Counted from the whole stretch's first letter, positions 38,360-51,077 are shown. The stretch: DNA of 61,503 bases, filler included, from Choristocarpus tenellus KU-1152 (GCA_964200185.2; 10 parts of 10 records of this genome joined end to end with filler, not necessarily neighbours in it), one strand, 5' to 3'. The notes: a model not told the origin generated them from the letters alone. Numbers and translations are program-made.

Positions 38360-39290
38360 ATGCCCTGTACAGTGGGATCCAGCTGCAACATGCAGGGTAA
38401 TACTCCTGGTCCACCACACTATACATGCCGTAAGTGTCGTGTTTGTAGCTGCTATCTTCATGGCATTTGTCGCGTTGTGGATCCTTTTGGTGCCAGCGAA
38501 ATGGAACACATGTACAAATTGTGCGTGAGCCCCACCAAGCGCAAGGCTTTGAGTCGTCCAGCCAGTGATAACACGCCGTCGAAGCGCCATGATAACACTA
38601 ACCCTAAGCTAGTGAGCAGTGTATCTTCAATGTGCATGAAACTAGGTTGTTTTACCGCCTTCTACCAAAGTGTTCCTTTCTCGCGCCTGGCCAGGGCAGG
38701 AAGACCGTGTGGGGGGTAAAAGCGATGCATGCAAAGGATTGGGTGACAGCCTATATCGCGACCAATGCTACTGGATCTCAGGAGGTACCCATATCGTTCA
38801 ATGGCAACTCCAAAAATCTGAGGTGCTTCCGTCTCCACAAAACTCCTATCACCTACTTCTCTCAGACCAATGCCTGGTCCAACACGCGCATGTTCAAGCT
38901 GTGGTGGACAATGCTGTTTTTGCCTTACGTGCGGATTTTAGAAGGAAAGATGTCCTCGTCCTCATCGACAACCACAGCAGCCATGAGGGGGTTGAAGATG
39001 CAACAGGGCAGGTGACCTTGCTGGAGCTACCGCCCAACTGCACCAACAAACACCAGCCAATGGACCAAGGCATTATCGTGGCGTGGAAGGTGAATTACGG
39101 GACAAAGCTGCTGTTGACCTGGGTGGACATGATGTTGTTGTCTGCACAACTCCGTGAGCAAGCGAAGAAACGGGATATGGTATTGGGTATGATGGGGCTG
39201 ACGGAAGGGTGTCTGTCACCCACACATCTTAGATGCAACAGAAATCGACCGTGGAGCATGGGAGGAAATCTCTGAGCAAACCATCGCCAG
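38360..39290 (+). pseudogene. pogo-family DDE_1 transposase pseudogene
   Basis: IFNVHETRLFYRLLP (decayed N.DETG), TAYIATNATGS, SQTNAWS, VLVLIDNHSSH, LPPNCT.KHQPMDQGII.AWK. Frameshifted; no CENP-B HTH visible. Confidence 0.9.
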
Positions 39291-40184
39291 GTCTGTGTCA
39301 TGTCATTTCGTAAGCAGCATACAATATTAATCCCCTGCTCGTGACCTACAAGTCCTGTTGTGCCCTGCCAAAGCATGTGTTTTCTATTACTGTCATATTT
39401 TCAATTATTGGAAAACACCTTTACCCTACAGCTTCCCCTCTTCATGTGTTCTAGATTGGTTCAATTCACTCACAATCTGTTCCACTCTCTATCGGCAATC
39501 TTTTTGTGTGCATTTTATTCCACAGCAGGAGCTGGATTAAGCTCAACATCCTTGCTGTGCCTGTCCAAGCGGAGCTAACCTCAAAGTTTAGCAGTACTAG
39601 TACTTTGAACAAGTTCACCTCCAGTACTGACAACTCTCTTGAAGACATCCATGAGCTGATGCACATCATGCAGCGCTTGAGTGTCGGCATGAGGAGCGCC
39701 CATGTTGATGAGGATCTCTCCAATGCTCTTGACGCTCTGCACCTCAAACCTGGCGGAAAACTGTCTCAGGCTTCCTTTGAAGCAGCAAGAGCGTGGATCA
39801 GTGTGGAAGACAATGATGAAGAGACCAATGTAATAGTAGAGGACATGAAAGACCAGCTGCTCGAGGAATCTTTGTACCAGTCAGACAATGAAAGCTCAGG
39901 TGACAAGGATGACGATGGGTTTATGGGAGGGGACAGTGCATAGGGGACTGTGAGGAAAGGAACAACCTCTTCAGTGTTCCCGATTCCTCCACTGCCGTAC
40001 TCTCAAGTAGCTGATGAGTTTGCAAGCTTAGAACAACTGTCAAAGAGTGTAGCATGAACGTTGTTTCGTACCATCTCTGGAAGGCAAAGCTGGCGTGGCT
40101 CAGCGTAATCAGGGCATGGGCAATCAAACAAGTGAACATCCGTGATTTTTTTGGCAGTCGCGATTTTTTTATTAGCGAGTGAGT

Positions 40185-40440
40185 GAGTCAAAGTATCTTA
40201 GAAGGTATAACCACGTCCATTTGGGGACCAAAATCAAATGTTGCGATTTTGATGTTTGGCTTATCATGTTTGTTAGGAGATGTCAATATCCCTGTTCTGG
40301 ACACGCCTTTTCATGACATACACATTTTTCCTACTCTGAAACATTTCGGAGTAGGTAAAATGTCATTAAAAACCCATGAGAAGCCAAGCCCCAAATGAAC
40401 AAAAAGGTAAAAACTCGTACCCTCTAAGATACTTTCACTC
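40185..40440 (+). mobile_element. MITE family A copy 7 (inside the pogo element)
   Basis: TIRs present; flanks GAGT/AAGT (one mismatch). Confidence 0.92.
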
Positions 40441-41834
40441 AAGTTGTTTTGCTCAGTGCGTGCGATAGGGGGTCCATAGCGGTGCAGCTGTATTTGATCC
40501 ATGGTGGAGTTTTTGATACCGTACTGTATAGTATCCTTGTAGAGTGCAATTGAATATGTAGGGCAGGCCATCAGAGGGAGATTGATTGACTTTGAACGTA
40601 TTTGATTTGAACTGTGAGTCGTCTGTCCAGCCATCCAATGGCTTGCGGATACTTTTCTTGAGAAGGTGTACTATGCATATGAGTGAATACACCATAAGGA
40701 GTGCAATTTACCAAAGTTACAGTTCTGTATACGCAGTACTGTATACGTATGACACAGGTATACTGTGCAGGGGGGGTGTAGATGTGGTTCTTGCTGCACC
40801 ACCACAGCTTCATCAAAATGGGCTCACTGAGGGCAAATGTTCGATGCATATCTACATGTAACTACTCTTGAAGGCACATACAGCAAGGGCATCGCTTTGT
40901 CGTCGTCCGGAGACAAGTATAAAGTGCCTACGAGCACTGTTGGTCGATATAACATAGGTTTCTCTTATCACCTTCCCTCGGTTTAAGAGAAAAATGCTCT
41001 TACATACAATAAGGGAGGGTATTTTTCCTTGCCCCTATCCTCTTTTATAGATACATCGACTGTAGTTTCATTGTATAATAGTTGCAGGGATGTAATCATA
41101 GGAGTAGTAGGTTCAGTTTTCCTTTAGGAGATCTATTATAGTTCGTGTGCTTCGCACACATGAGTTCGCATCTTACCGGTGGCGCCAATATGAATCGTGA
41201 GATTCTCTGGCGGTGTGGTTCACTCAGCCAAGGTTGGTGAAGAGAACCACACGGACAAGACGAACCGTAACCGAGAGGACGAGGTTAATGTTGGACAAGA
41301 GCAAGACTGCAAGGACTTGCAGGAAAAAAATGTGGAGTGATGAGAATCTTACAAGAGGGGGATCATGACAAAAGTCAAGATGTGACAACAAAAGAATCTT
41401 TGGTGTGTGACATCTCTGGTTCAAGAGATGTCCACTACTTACGGGATCGATCTCTTGAAAGGTTCACATCTCATTTTTTTTTTGTAAGACCCTCCACTGG
41501 AATAGGGGATTCCTGACAAGGATACCTCTATCGGTACAACGGTAGATCACATACGACAATAACGGTATAAGAACCTGTTTTCCACATTTTTAAGGTGATC
41601 TATTCATATTATTATGCCCTCTGATATTTTGTAGATGTGGCAGGGGAAAAACTAATGAAAACTATTCACGTCTGAAAAATCCCTAAAGAAGCAACAGTTG
41701 TCACAAAAGTGAACAGTGTTATCTATTTCCTATTTTACTACTATGTTGTACTACTGCCTTCCTCCCAGGCTGAGGAGCTAAGGAAGTATCCCGAGAATTA
41801 AACAAATCCCTCATTGCTCATCTCCCTGGTGACT

Positions 41835-42240
41835 CCAGCTTAAAATGCATGGCCTATCTAGATATGGCTACCTGCATTGTGACTGAGACTATCTGTCGTA
41901 GGCAAGATTTGACGGCTCCTTTTCTGCTGTAGTCTCCAGTTCCTTCCCCCCTACCGCATGTGTAGCTAGCTCATCCAGGAAACCTTCCATTTGCTTGCCG
42001 AGGCGCCCAAAACTTTCCACTGTGAAGGTGTTGAGGTTGTAACTACAAGGGTCAAAAGATCCCTCGTAATGGGTGCGCTTTCACGCCTCAGCTGCAGCAG
42101 CAGCTACACTATTGCTGGTGGATGAGTGTGGGAGGTAGGAGGTAGCCTGTACTTCTGTGAACGTAACACCGAGTAGAAGGGCCTTTGGCCCGGTAGGGGG
42201 CTGATCCTGCGTCTGCGAGTGCCCCAGCATGGAAGACTAG
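41835..42240 (-). pseudogene. 3' remnant of a non-LTR retrotransposon with restriction-like endonuclease (CRE-like)
   Basis: KALLLGVT...AAAAAEA*KRTHYEGSFDP..YNLNTFTVESFGRLGKQMEGFLDELA...QIVSVTMQVAISR fits the REL C-terminal pattern (D[VI]T, E..K..[KH]Y, E..G..G). Confidence 0.75.
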
Positions 42241-42259
42241 ATCATTTATTTTCAACTGG

Positions 42260-42398
42260 TAAATATATTTTTTAAGAGATACCTTACAAATAACGTTAAC
42301 TGTTGTTATATTTTGAATAGCAGATGCAGTGGTGTAATCCTTGTGACAAAGTAGTAGCAGAAGTAGTAGGTTCGGTTTTCCCTCAGGATATCTATTAT
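42260..42398 (+). repeat. Intact paralog of the repeat split by the pogo insertion
   Basis: First half matches 37960-38015; second half matches 41075-41140. Confidence 0.8.
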
Positions 42399-42469
42399 GT
42401 GGGAGCAATCTCGATCAAAAAAACATTCCAATCTTATTTTTAGGAAGAATATTAATCACAACAAAAATT

Positions 42470-42865
42470 GTGCGCCTTTTCGTTGCCAAGATGGGGAATT
42501 TTGAAGACAGTATCGCCCTTAGACCCCAGCACTTCACCTTACACTGCAGAAAGACCTTGCCAGACACATTCTAGAGTCTCCTGGGGGTAGTCAAACACCT
42601 CCATTGCGACGTCCATCAGCTCGTCTATGTCGGTCACCACAACGCCTTCTTTGACTTGCTAGCTGGCATGAAAGAAGCCCAGATTGCTAACGTTGAGGTC
42701 AGGTGGGTTAGCTCGCTGGATTTCTATGACAATGTGTCATACCCTGCCACTTCCTTTATTGCCTTCATGACCCTACCCTTGGTTTGTGGCTTTGCTCTGC
42801 CCTGCAGCACAAAGATGGTGTGTCCTTCCGGTCTAGGCATAAAGGCCTTGATTGCTGGGATGTCT
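42470..42865 (-). pseudogene. Tc1/mariner transposase C-terminal remnant, plant-mariner (DD39D-like) type
   Basis: IPAIKAFMP...TIFVLQGRAKPQ...QRANPPDLNVSNLGFF...IDELM...YPQETLECVWQ...FKIPHLG; frameshifts and stops. Confidence 0.85.
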
Positions 42866-42926
42866 GTTACAGGCGAATAGCGCGAGTATTTCTTCCCACG
42901 CTTTAACCAGCGCGAGCAGTATACGC

Positions 42927-43026
42927 NNNNNNNNNNNNNNNNNNNNNNNNNNNNNNNNNNNNNNNNNNNNTTAATTAATTAANNNNNNNNNNNNNNNNNN
43001 NNNNNNNNNNNNNNNNNNNNNNNNNN
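42927..43026. other. Artificial contig linker
   Basis: N44-TTAATTAATTAA-N44. Confidence 0.99.
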
Positions 43027-43145
43027 GGTAGAAGGTACATACAGTATTCTCCTTCCTTATGGCGAGGTGGGAGATGCGCATTAACACATAAACATCTTTT
43101 TTAAAAAGCGCTCGTAATTGTTTCCATCCTATCTATGAAGCTTAT

Positions 43146-43408
43146 GATTGATTTCTCAGCTCACCGTGATTAATTAGTCGCTTCAACGATTGATTTTCCA
43201 GCTCACCACGATTAATTAGTCGCTTCAACGATTGATTTTCCAGCTCATCACGATTAATTGGTCGCTTCGATGATGATTGATTTTCCAGCTCACCACGATT
43301 AATCAGTCGCTTCGACGATTGATTTTCCAGCTCACCACGATTAATTAGTCGATTCCACGATTGATTTCCCAGGAATGCCACGATTGTTAGTCGATTGGAC
43401 GATTGATT
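43146..43408. repeat. 42-bp minisatellite, ~6 copies
   Basis: Unit gattgattttccagctcaccacgattaattagtcgcttcaac. Confidence 0.93.
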
Positions 43409-44585
43409 TGGTACAAAAACGATATTGTACCACATCAATTCTGTGTGAACAAGATCGGGGCACCTACTGTATTATTAAGGCGGGTAAGAAAAAGGAACCA
43501 CTAAACGATTTCCACAGTCAACAAGAAAACGGAGTAGCGAATGTTGGTCTTACAAACATCTGTTTCCTCTCCCATTTCTCCTAGCCTTGTTTTTTGAAAG
43601 AGCTTGATTTTCTCTGAAAGAACATACAAAATACAAATGTGTGTGTCATAAATCCCAGATATTGAAGATATTTTTCGCTATTAATACTACTTCCTCCACA
43701 ATATAAAATAATAGTAAAATCTGACGTGGATGGGGTTTCCAACGAAAAAAGAGCCGTCTGTTACCTTTTATGAACAAACACTATTTTGATACATCCCACA
43801 CCCATTACTCCATAGTTTTTCACACAACATTCTCAATTCGTTTGCCGCGTTGTAGTTGTGGACTCCAACACCGCGGTGAGACCTTTGTAACCGTTCCCTA
43901 CGCCACCCTTCTCAGTTGCTTGTGCGTTTCTTGGTCATTGAAGCTTGATGAGTTGCGTAATCGTAAGGTGTAGTTGATATGACTGAAGTGGTGGTGTCCA
44001 GTCTCGCCTTCACTCTGCTGGATACAGTACGACACCTGAACCGCAATGTACTTTAGTTCCACTACTACAGTTGTGCTTCGTGAGAAATTTTTTCCTTTTG
44101 TTGAGATTGTCGCAAATTCTCATGCGCAAGAAGCAGTTGTCAATGTGAGGGGTGAGAACGTTTGCGTTGGAACAAAGTTAAGCGGTGTCTTGTTCCAACT
44201 CCTGCTGATCTAACTCTTGGGGGAATAGAGCGACACCCTTACTTGTGCAAGAGTTCTTACCGTGCTGTTTTGTTAATCTGGGAAGAGGACTGACTCGCTC
44301 ATAGAAACGATATGCTCTGGTGATTTGTTTGTTTCATATGCACGTCAATCGGAATAGTCCGCATGACGCTGTCCTCTACACATCTTCTACCCTCCAATTT
44401 CCCAGTCTGTCTACGCTCTCCCATGGCCAAAGCACGCGGTGCGCTTCGTTATCCTTACCGACCCGATTATCCTTTGCCCTGATTCTCCTTCCACCCTTTA
44501 TCCCTTCCCAACCCGCCACATGAAACTCAACGTGCGCTCGGTAAAACTCTGTTGAGTAGTTCTCTAGCAGGTTAACTCGAGCAAA

Positions 44586-46153
44586 ATGTTGCAGTGGCTT
44601 GTCCAGGGCGCTACGCTGTTGCTGGTAGTGGTGTATGCGCCATGGCAGAGCTTTAAGGCTATAAAGACTGAGGACAAGAAGGATGATGAGCAGGTATGTG
44701 GGGGTCTTCATTTTGGTACAGGGGTGGGAGGTACAGCGATGGATGCCTCCTTAGGAGTTTATATGGCAGGAATCTGGGCTGTAACCGGACAGCAGTGTAT
44801 TGCAGGGATCCTTTCCTCTTGTTTGTTGTACATTTTGACGATTTGCAAGAGCGTGTTACTTGTTCCTAATAAGACATAACTCGATCCAGTTGCCCAGAAT
44901 AATCGTCACCTCTTTTAGTCCTTAGATTATGCATTCAATATGTTTTTGGGTTGTAACCCACCTCTCTAAAGGATTTACTTTTATGATGCTTCGAAAGGTT
45001 AGGATAGGAGCTACTTTTTAGCTTTCACTTTCCTTACTAAATGCTCCTCTAATTACCTTCTTTCTAATGGTGCTTGCGATTATTATGTTGTTACCAGTAT
45101 TGTTACAGTAGTGATGGAGATGTGCTTTCCTCAACGATTTCTTGTGTACTATGGAAGGGTCACCCCATCTAATACTTGAGTGTCTGTGTATTACTCAAGT
45201 AAGAATGACATCGCCACCCATTCCTCTCCCTTGCTCTAAATATCTAATTCACATCAGCTCTTCTGTGACCTGATACGTGTCCCTGCTGCATTTTGATGAT
45301 TATTTCCATTTGGATTGGATTTGGTGGGGGGAGCAGTGGCTGACCTTTTGGGTAATCTACAGCATGTTCGAGGTAATAGAGAAGGTCACTGATCAAATCC
45401 TTGATGTGAGTGGTTGAATGCATGCTGAAGGTGTTGCTACTGGTGTAGCACATACTCTTATCTACAATTCGAAATTTCCCTCGGGTTTGAGCTTGAGATA
45501 GACCCACAGTTATAAATAAGGCTAGGGTTTGCTACTATGTGTAGAGATGTGTTCCAAAAAGGCCCCCCTATTGCTATGTAGTTATCCATTTCTCAGTATC
45601 GATACACTTGCAGTTATACTGACTTTCCTCTATGCCTGTACCTCCCTCCCAATAGGGTTACCACATTCATGCATATGTCTGCTTGCTCGCTATCACAACA
45701 TGATAAGATAGTGATGGAATATAGGTATTAACCATGCTATGTGTATGGAGACAACTCACATAGGTCTGAGAGCCCAGGAAAGGTTGATTGAGTGCAGCTT
45801 GTGGCACTGCCGGTTGTGCTGAATGCCATTGATTGATTACACACAATACTTCATTCTCTGAGGACTTTTAAATTTAATGAATGCAGCAAAGCAGGGACTC
45901 AAATGTAGTTTTTTTGTCGGGATACCTGGGTATTGCTGTATCAACAGGACAGTGACAGTGGTGATACGGTATCTCAATTTCTTGAAAATATTCATCCTGA
46001 GTAAATTGATGTCCTTTTCCTTTTTTTGTGTATGTATGTATGTGTGTGTTTTATGTTTTGATGTACCTTGTCCTGTCACAGTGGGTACCGCTGTACTTCC
46101 ACTTCAAGCTTTGTGTGGTGATCTACCTTGTCTTCTTTCAAGGTGCCACTCAT
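44586..46153 (+). CDS. TB2/DP1/HVA22 (REEP/Yop1) family ER-shaping protein, 5' part; exons 44586-44693, 45337-45405, 46082-46153
   Basis: MLQWLVQGATLLLVVVYAPWQSFKAIKTEDKKDDEQ|WLTFWVIYSMFEVIEKVTDQILD|WVPLYFHFKLCVVIYLVFFQGATH carries the family signature S.KAI...DD.QWLT.W...W.P.Y...K; all introns phase 0 GT-AG. Confidence 0.92.
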
Positions 46154-46659
46154 GTGAGTACCAGAATCCTTTTTGTTGCATGTATATTGTCCTATTGAAT
46201 ACATTCATTAATCTTTTTTGTATAATTTTTTTTCCTTGCAACTCTTTTGATTTGTTTTAAAACATATTATATTATTATTATATTGATTAGTAGTAGTAGT
46301 AGTAGTAGTAGTGAAGAAGAATCCCCCCCCTCTCTCGGGTTGGGTGACATGCTTGCATTGATTGTGGACTCTGTTGGCCTGAGAAAACCTTGGTTAGAAT
46401 AGTCGCACGTACAGAGCTGTACATTTTGATTTATTTTATTTTGAAAGAAAAAGAGAGGAAAATTATTGTAGATTTTTTTGTTTTTGGTGGGAATCAAAGG
46501 GTATCTTTTCTATTTTTGTCTTCTTCTTGCGGTAGCTCTGACTCTTGATACATTTTTGAACAGGTAAGAGGTACTGGTAGTGAGTGAAGGGTGGCAGGTC
46601 ATTCCTGTAGGCAGTACTTAAAGCATAAATGCTGTTGAAACTTAAGAGTATCTGGGGGG

Positions 46660-46759
46660 NNNNNNNNNNNNNNNNNNNNNNNNNNNNNNNNNNNNNNNNN
46701 NNNTTAATTAATTAANNNNNNNNNNNNNNNNNNNNNNNNNNNNNNNNNNNNNNNNNNNN
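46660..46759. other. Artificial contig linker
   Basis: N44-TTAATTAATTAA-N44. Confidence 0.99.
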
Positions 46760-47284
46760 ATCTGTGCTTCCATACGTATTTAACATATTTAGATACCCAC
46801 ACGCAGACGTTGGGAACAAACAAACGAGCGAAACAAAAAAAAAGAGGAGGGGGAGATGGGGAGACTTCGAATCAGTTGAGAATGAAAAAAGGGGTCACAT
46901 GCGAAAGACCCCAAGAGGAATAGAGAGAGAAAAGTTGAACGGGAGATTACAAGATGAAGGAGCGACGAAGATTTAACAAGAAATGGGGGATGAGAGTTCC
47001 ACCAAGGAGAGGACACCGAATGCGGGAAGAAGAAGTGAAGGACATGGGAGGGACAGAACACACAGGCATCCTGCGGAGAACGATAACCAACCCAGGATTT
47101 TAACTCCGTGAGATGATGGCCTTTCTTACGCAACGTGGTACCAATACCTTAGCCCTCTGGAGCAATCTTGCTTTTTTTCACTGTATTGCCACAAGATTAT
47201 ACAACAATATATATATCAAATGAACACTTATGACAAGAGCTTTTGAAGGTTTGTATCCATGAATGTTCAAACTCAGGTTGAACG

Positions 47285-48276
47285 GGACCTATGCCTCCAT
47301 CAAATAATGGAAAAAACGTCGGAGGGACATTTCTGGGACAATCTTGATGGTCACAACTTCAAAACGGACAAAAATAAAGTGGTTGGATGAACTCCCCGCA
47401 AAAAACTGATGCGGGTTGGGCCACTGCCCAAGTATAGCGCATGTGGCAATACCGAAAAAAAAGGCAAGAATTGCTGACATCTCTTTTTGCGCCATTTGCA
47501 GACAGGCTGTGAGCACACACACGGGTGACCCACACAGCAACATGAACCACTACAGTGAGACAAGGAGAGCCGCCGAGGCCACTCTATCCCCTGGATCTAC
47601 CCTCGGCACCTCCTCTGTCGAGAGGCAACAGAGAAACAAGTACCGTGTGACACTCAGTGCGATGTTAGGTGACAAGAAAGTGCGCGTACTGTGGCACAGC
47701 AGCAAGATCAAATCTTGCAATGGACCATGCGGCCACGATACTGGCACTGAGAGAAGATGCGATGAAAGCATTACAATACAAACGTGGACAGTAGTCTCTG
47801 CCGCCTCAGGAAAGCAGGAAAACAGCGGTGAGTCCATCACCAGGTGGTACAGGGTCAAAGCCTGTTGGGAAGCCTGGTCACGGTGGGCAAAGGGAGAACC
47901 GGGGTGGCCGTCCGAAGGGAAACCTGGGGAGAAGAGCAGTGCGACTGCTTGCCATTGCGCTCAGGAAACGCCTAAGCGAAAAAAAAGATGGGTGTAGAAT
48001 ATCTTAGTAGTCGACAGTTGCAGCAGGCCCTGGCTGTTTGGAAACTATGCAAGCCAGAGTGGCTTAGGGAAACGAGAAAGAAGGTGTTAGGATTGGGGTA
48101 AAAGGGCTCTGAAGCCCGAAAGAAGGTTGAAAGGGCTCGCAAGGCGAAGGAGAAAGCGATCGTAACAAAGGCAGCTGTGGAGACTTTTCGCTACCACCAA
48201 ATCCTTTACTTTGAAGAAGAGGTCACGAAGCAGGTGGTGGTAGCCATCAACGAGGATGCCAGGGAAGAAGAGGAGG
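47285..48276 (+). pseudogene. Degenerate Cys/Lys-rich coding region of unknown identity
   Basis: The 193-aa ORF extends upstream through two single stops, and a further charged coding-like stretch ends at a GTGAG donor (~48277). Confidence 0.35.
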
Positions 48277-48345
48277 TGAGATTGAGTTTTTATTTGCACA
48301 CCAGTGGTTTGGTTTCTCCCACTTCTTGCAAGATGCCGTACGTTC

Positions 48346-48603
48346 GAGTCAAAGTATCTTAGAGGGTAGAGTCGCGTCCATTTTGGGGTCACAACCCAAT
48401 GTTGCGTTTTGATTTAGCTGTTGCTATCGTGTTTGTTAGGAAGTGTCAATATTCTTGTTCCGAACACACCTTTTCATAAGGTACACATTTTACCTATTTT
48501 GAAACATTTTGGAGTAGAAAAATGTAATGAAAAACCCCATGGGAAGCCAAGCCCCAAATGGACAAACATGGCAAAACTCGTACCCTCTAAGATACTTTCA
48601 CTC
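48346..48603 (+). mobile_element. MITE family A copy 8
   Basis: Near-perfect TIRs; flanks GTTC/TTTT do not match. Confidence 0.92.
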
Positions 48604-49604
48604 TTTTGTACCTTTGGGTGGTGCCTGGTGTAGAGCACAGGAGGGCGTGAGTGCTGCATACAGGAGACGATCCTCCGGTGTCAGGTACAGGCAGGCGCTG
48701 CATGGGAACACGTCTGCTTTTGCATATCTCGTATGGAATCTGTGCGTTTCGTTGCGGACGACCTGATCGTTTCGACCTTGATGTTATATTTTCTTGGTGT
48801 GAAGGACAGAAGGGGTTGAAACGCCAACGATACCCCGTCCTCGAGTACTTCAACATCAGGAGTGATGCCCCGAGGATGGAGTTGTTGTATATCTGGTGGA
48901 TAAGTTCGGTGCTAAGATCTTTCTTGATACATTCTAGGAAGGTCTTCACCAGAAGATCAGGCGTGGACTTACGTTGTTCCCAAGCTAGCACAACTTGCAG
49001 CGTGCTCGCCAACGGCACAAACTTGGTTTTCTCGTCCAAGAATCAAAAGGCAAGGCCGTTCCAAGTGCAGTCACCTCCTCCTCTTGTATGCCATTGTGGT
49101 TTTGGAGAGGAACAGATCCATGATCTGGTCTGTTCTGGATTTCGTCCATGAACAAAGGGTACCAGTCTTGGGCGGTCTCTTGAGTCCCCATTTCTTAAGA
49201 GTGAGGTAGGAGAGGTTACTGTTTGGGCTTTGTGGGTTTGTTTCCCTTTGCATCTCTTCATTAGTGTTGAGGATGCGAACATCGATAGTGCTGCAACGTT
49301 GTTCAGTCAAGGGGTGCGTACAAATTACGGTCATGATGTGTTGGACGGTCTAGGACTGTGTTGAGTGGCACCGAATGAGTGAACCTGTGTATGATGGAAA
49401 CCTGGAGACCGTGAGGACCGAAAACGCCTCTATTTGACCATCTTCAAAAGATGTGCATTACGTGTGTGGACATATATAGGCCGCATAAAAAAAACTGTGA
49501 AACATTTCGTAAACCATGTAAGACGAGGTGAATTGACAAAGTTTGTTGTATAGCAAATTATAGGATATATAATTGATTTTTTGGACGTTGAATGACCAAC
49601 GTTC

Positions 49605-49900
49605 GGGAGGGTGTACCTCCAAACATATTCACATACTGCAATTGGTGCCTTTTGTCGTATGGCAAATTACCGTCTAGGGTTGATTTTTGGGACTACGAAT
49701 AACGAACGTTTGATGGAGTGTACTTCTAAGTATATTCCCCTATGCATGGACCATAATTGGTGTCTCTTGTCGTACGGCAAATGGGAGATAAGGGTTGATT
49801 TTTCGGAGAATGGAGAACTATGGTTTGGTGGAGTGTACCTTCAAATATATTCTTCTATGCACCCACCACTATTGGGGTCTTTTATCGTACGGCAAAGGAT
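49605..49900. repeat. Diverged ~110-bp tandem repeat x3
   Basis: Recurring gtgtac.tc.aa..atattc ... tcgta.ggcaaa ... agggttgattttt. Confidence 0.75.
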
Positions 49901-49967
49901 ACCAATAATTGCATTCGGTAACTGTATGAAGGAAGAGTGAGGCACGTGTTGTCATAGACTAGGCATT

Positions 49968-50060
49968 GTAAGGGTTAGGTATGGTGTTGAGGATGGGAGT
50001 TAGGGTTAGGGTAAGGGTTAGGGTTAGGGTTAGGGTCAGTGTTGGGGTTAGAGTTAGGGG
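49968..50060. repeat. Interstitial telomeric (TTAGGG)n, degenerate
   Basis: Direct observation. Confidence 0.85.
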
Positions 50061-51077
50061 TAGATATAGATAGTGGCAGAAATATCGCAAATCATCGTTA
50101 CATATAGGGATTGGTGTATTGGGTGTAATGTTCCTGATCGAGAGGTTTCGTTGTGTTGTTCAAGGGAGGGCGTGTGTGTCACCAGTTCTGAACTATGGTC
50201 TCACCCGTGAATGCTCCGTGTCTCTAATTCGGATTTAACTGTGGGAGTTCAGAAGCATATGGCACCATAAAATAAAGTACGTCTATCCTGGAAGCGCTAA
50301 TCCCTCATTTCTGTACTTACAGAGAGCCTAGGTTACATTGACGTATGTCTAATGGCGATGGAGGCCTGTGCTTACCTTTGGAATGTCGCGGGGTCTACCC
50401 ATCCAGAGTCCACGAGTTCATTCCCGGTGTTATCCAGGTCCCTTAGTGGCTGACGGGTGGCCATCCTACGTCTGCAGTGCAATGGTTATGGTCCTCTCCA
50501 CGAACGGCTAAATGCTCTATATTGTTGAGCATTGTTGACTGATTGTTGGGGGAGTGAACGAGTGTGGGGGTTAGTCCCGTGTGCGGTTTGGCGAACATTC
50601 TTTTTTTTATGCACTCTGAGGTATTTCTTCGAATGTGCATATATGAAAAAACATGTGCACTCAACATTTTGACCCTATCACACTCATGAATTAATAGAAT
50701 ATAGAGAGTTATAATATCTCTAGGATTTTTTTTTCATTTGTTTGTTGATAAGGTCTGTATTCGTTCTATTTCAACGTCATCCCAGACCTCGTTTCCATTT
50801 CCACATACATGTGAAGAGCAAAACTTACACACATCTTTTTCGTACATGGTTTCCTAGCAAAAGAATTACCTTGTTGTGTGCAATACTGGCTATTTATAGA
50901 TACATCGATTCCAGAAATTTTTATTTAAACGACTTTTATCCATTAAGATTCTAACTTTTACTCTCCTAATATGTGCTTTTATTTTCTCATTTACTATTTT
51001 GTTTTGCTCACGAATTCTGGATTATTATTATTGTTTGCTCATTCCTAATTTGCCATTCCTCTATTCTCTATTCCCCA

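Larger units (their letters stand above)
38016..41062 (+). mobile_element. pogo/Tigger-type DNA transposon, decayed, with a nested MITE
   Basis: Imperfect TIRs (TAGTCAGTGAATCTATATAAGAG versus reverse complement CAGTCGATGTATCTATAAAAGAG), each flanked by TA. It interrupts a repeat that is intact at 42260-42398. Confidence 0.8.

Noticed and set aside
43146-43408. CRISPR-like array
   Set aside because: Units are contiguous with no unique spacers, there are no cas genes, and the context is eukaryotic. The same applies to the arrays at 27046, 28648 and 51078.
44376-44711. 111-aa minus ORF with a signal-peptide-like start
   Set aside because: It overlaps REEP exon 1 antisense and shows no recognisable family.
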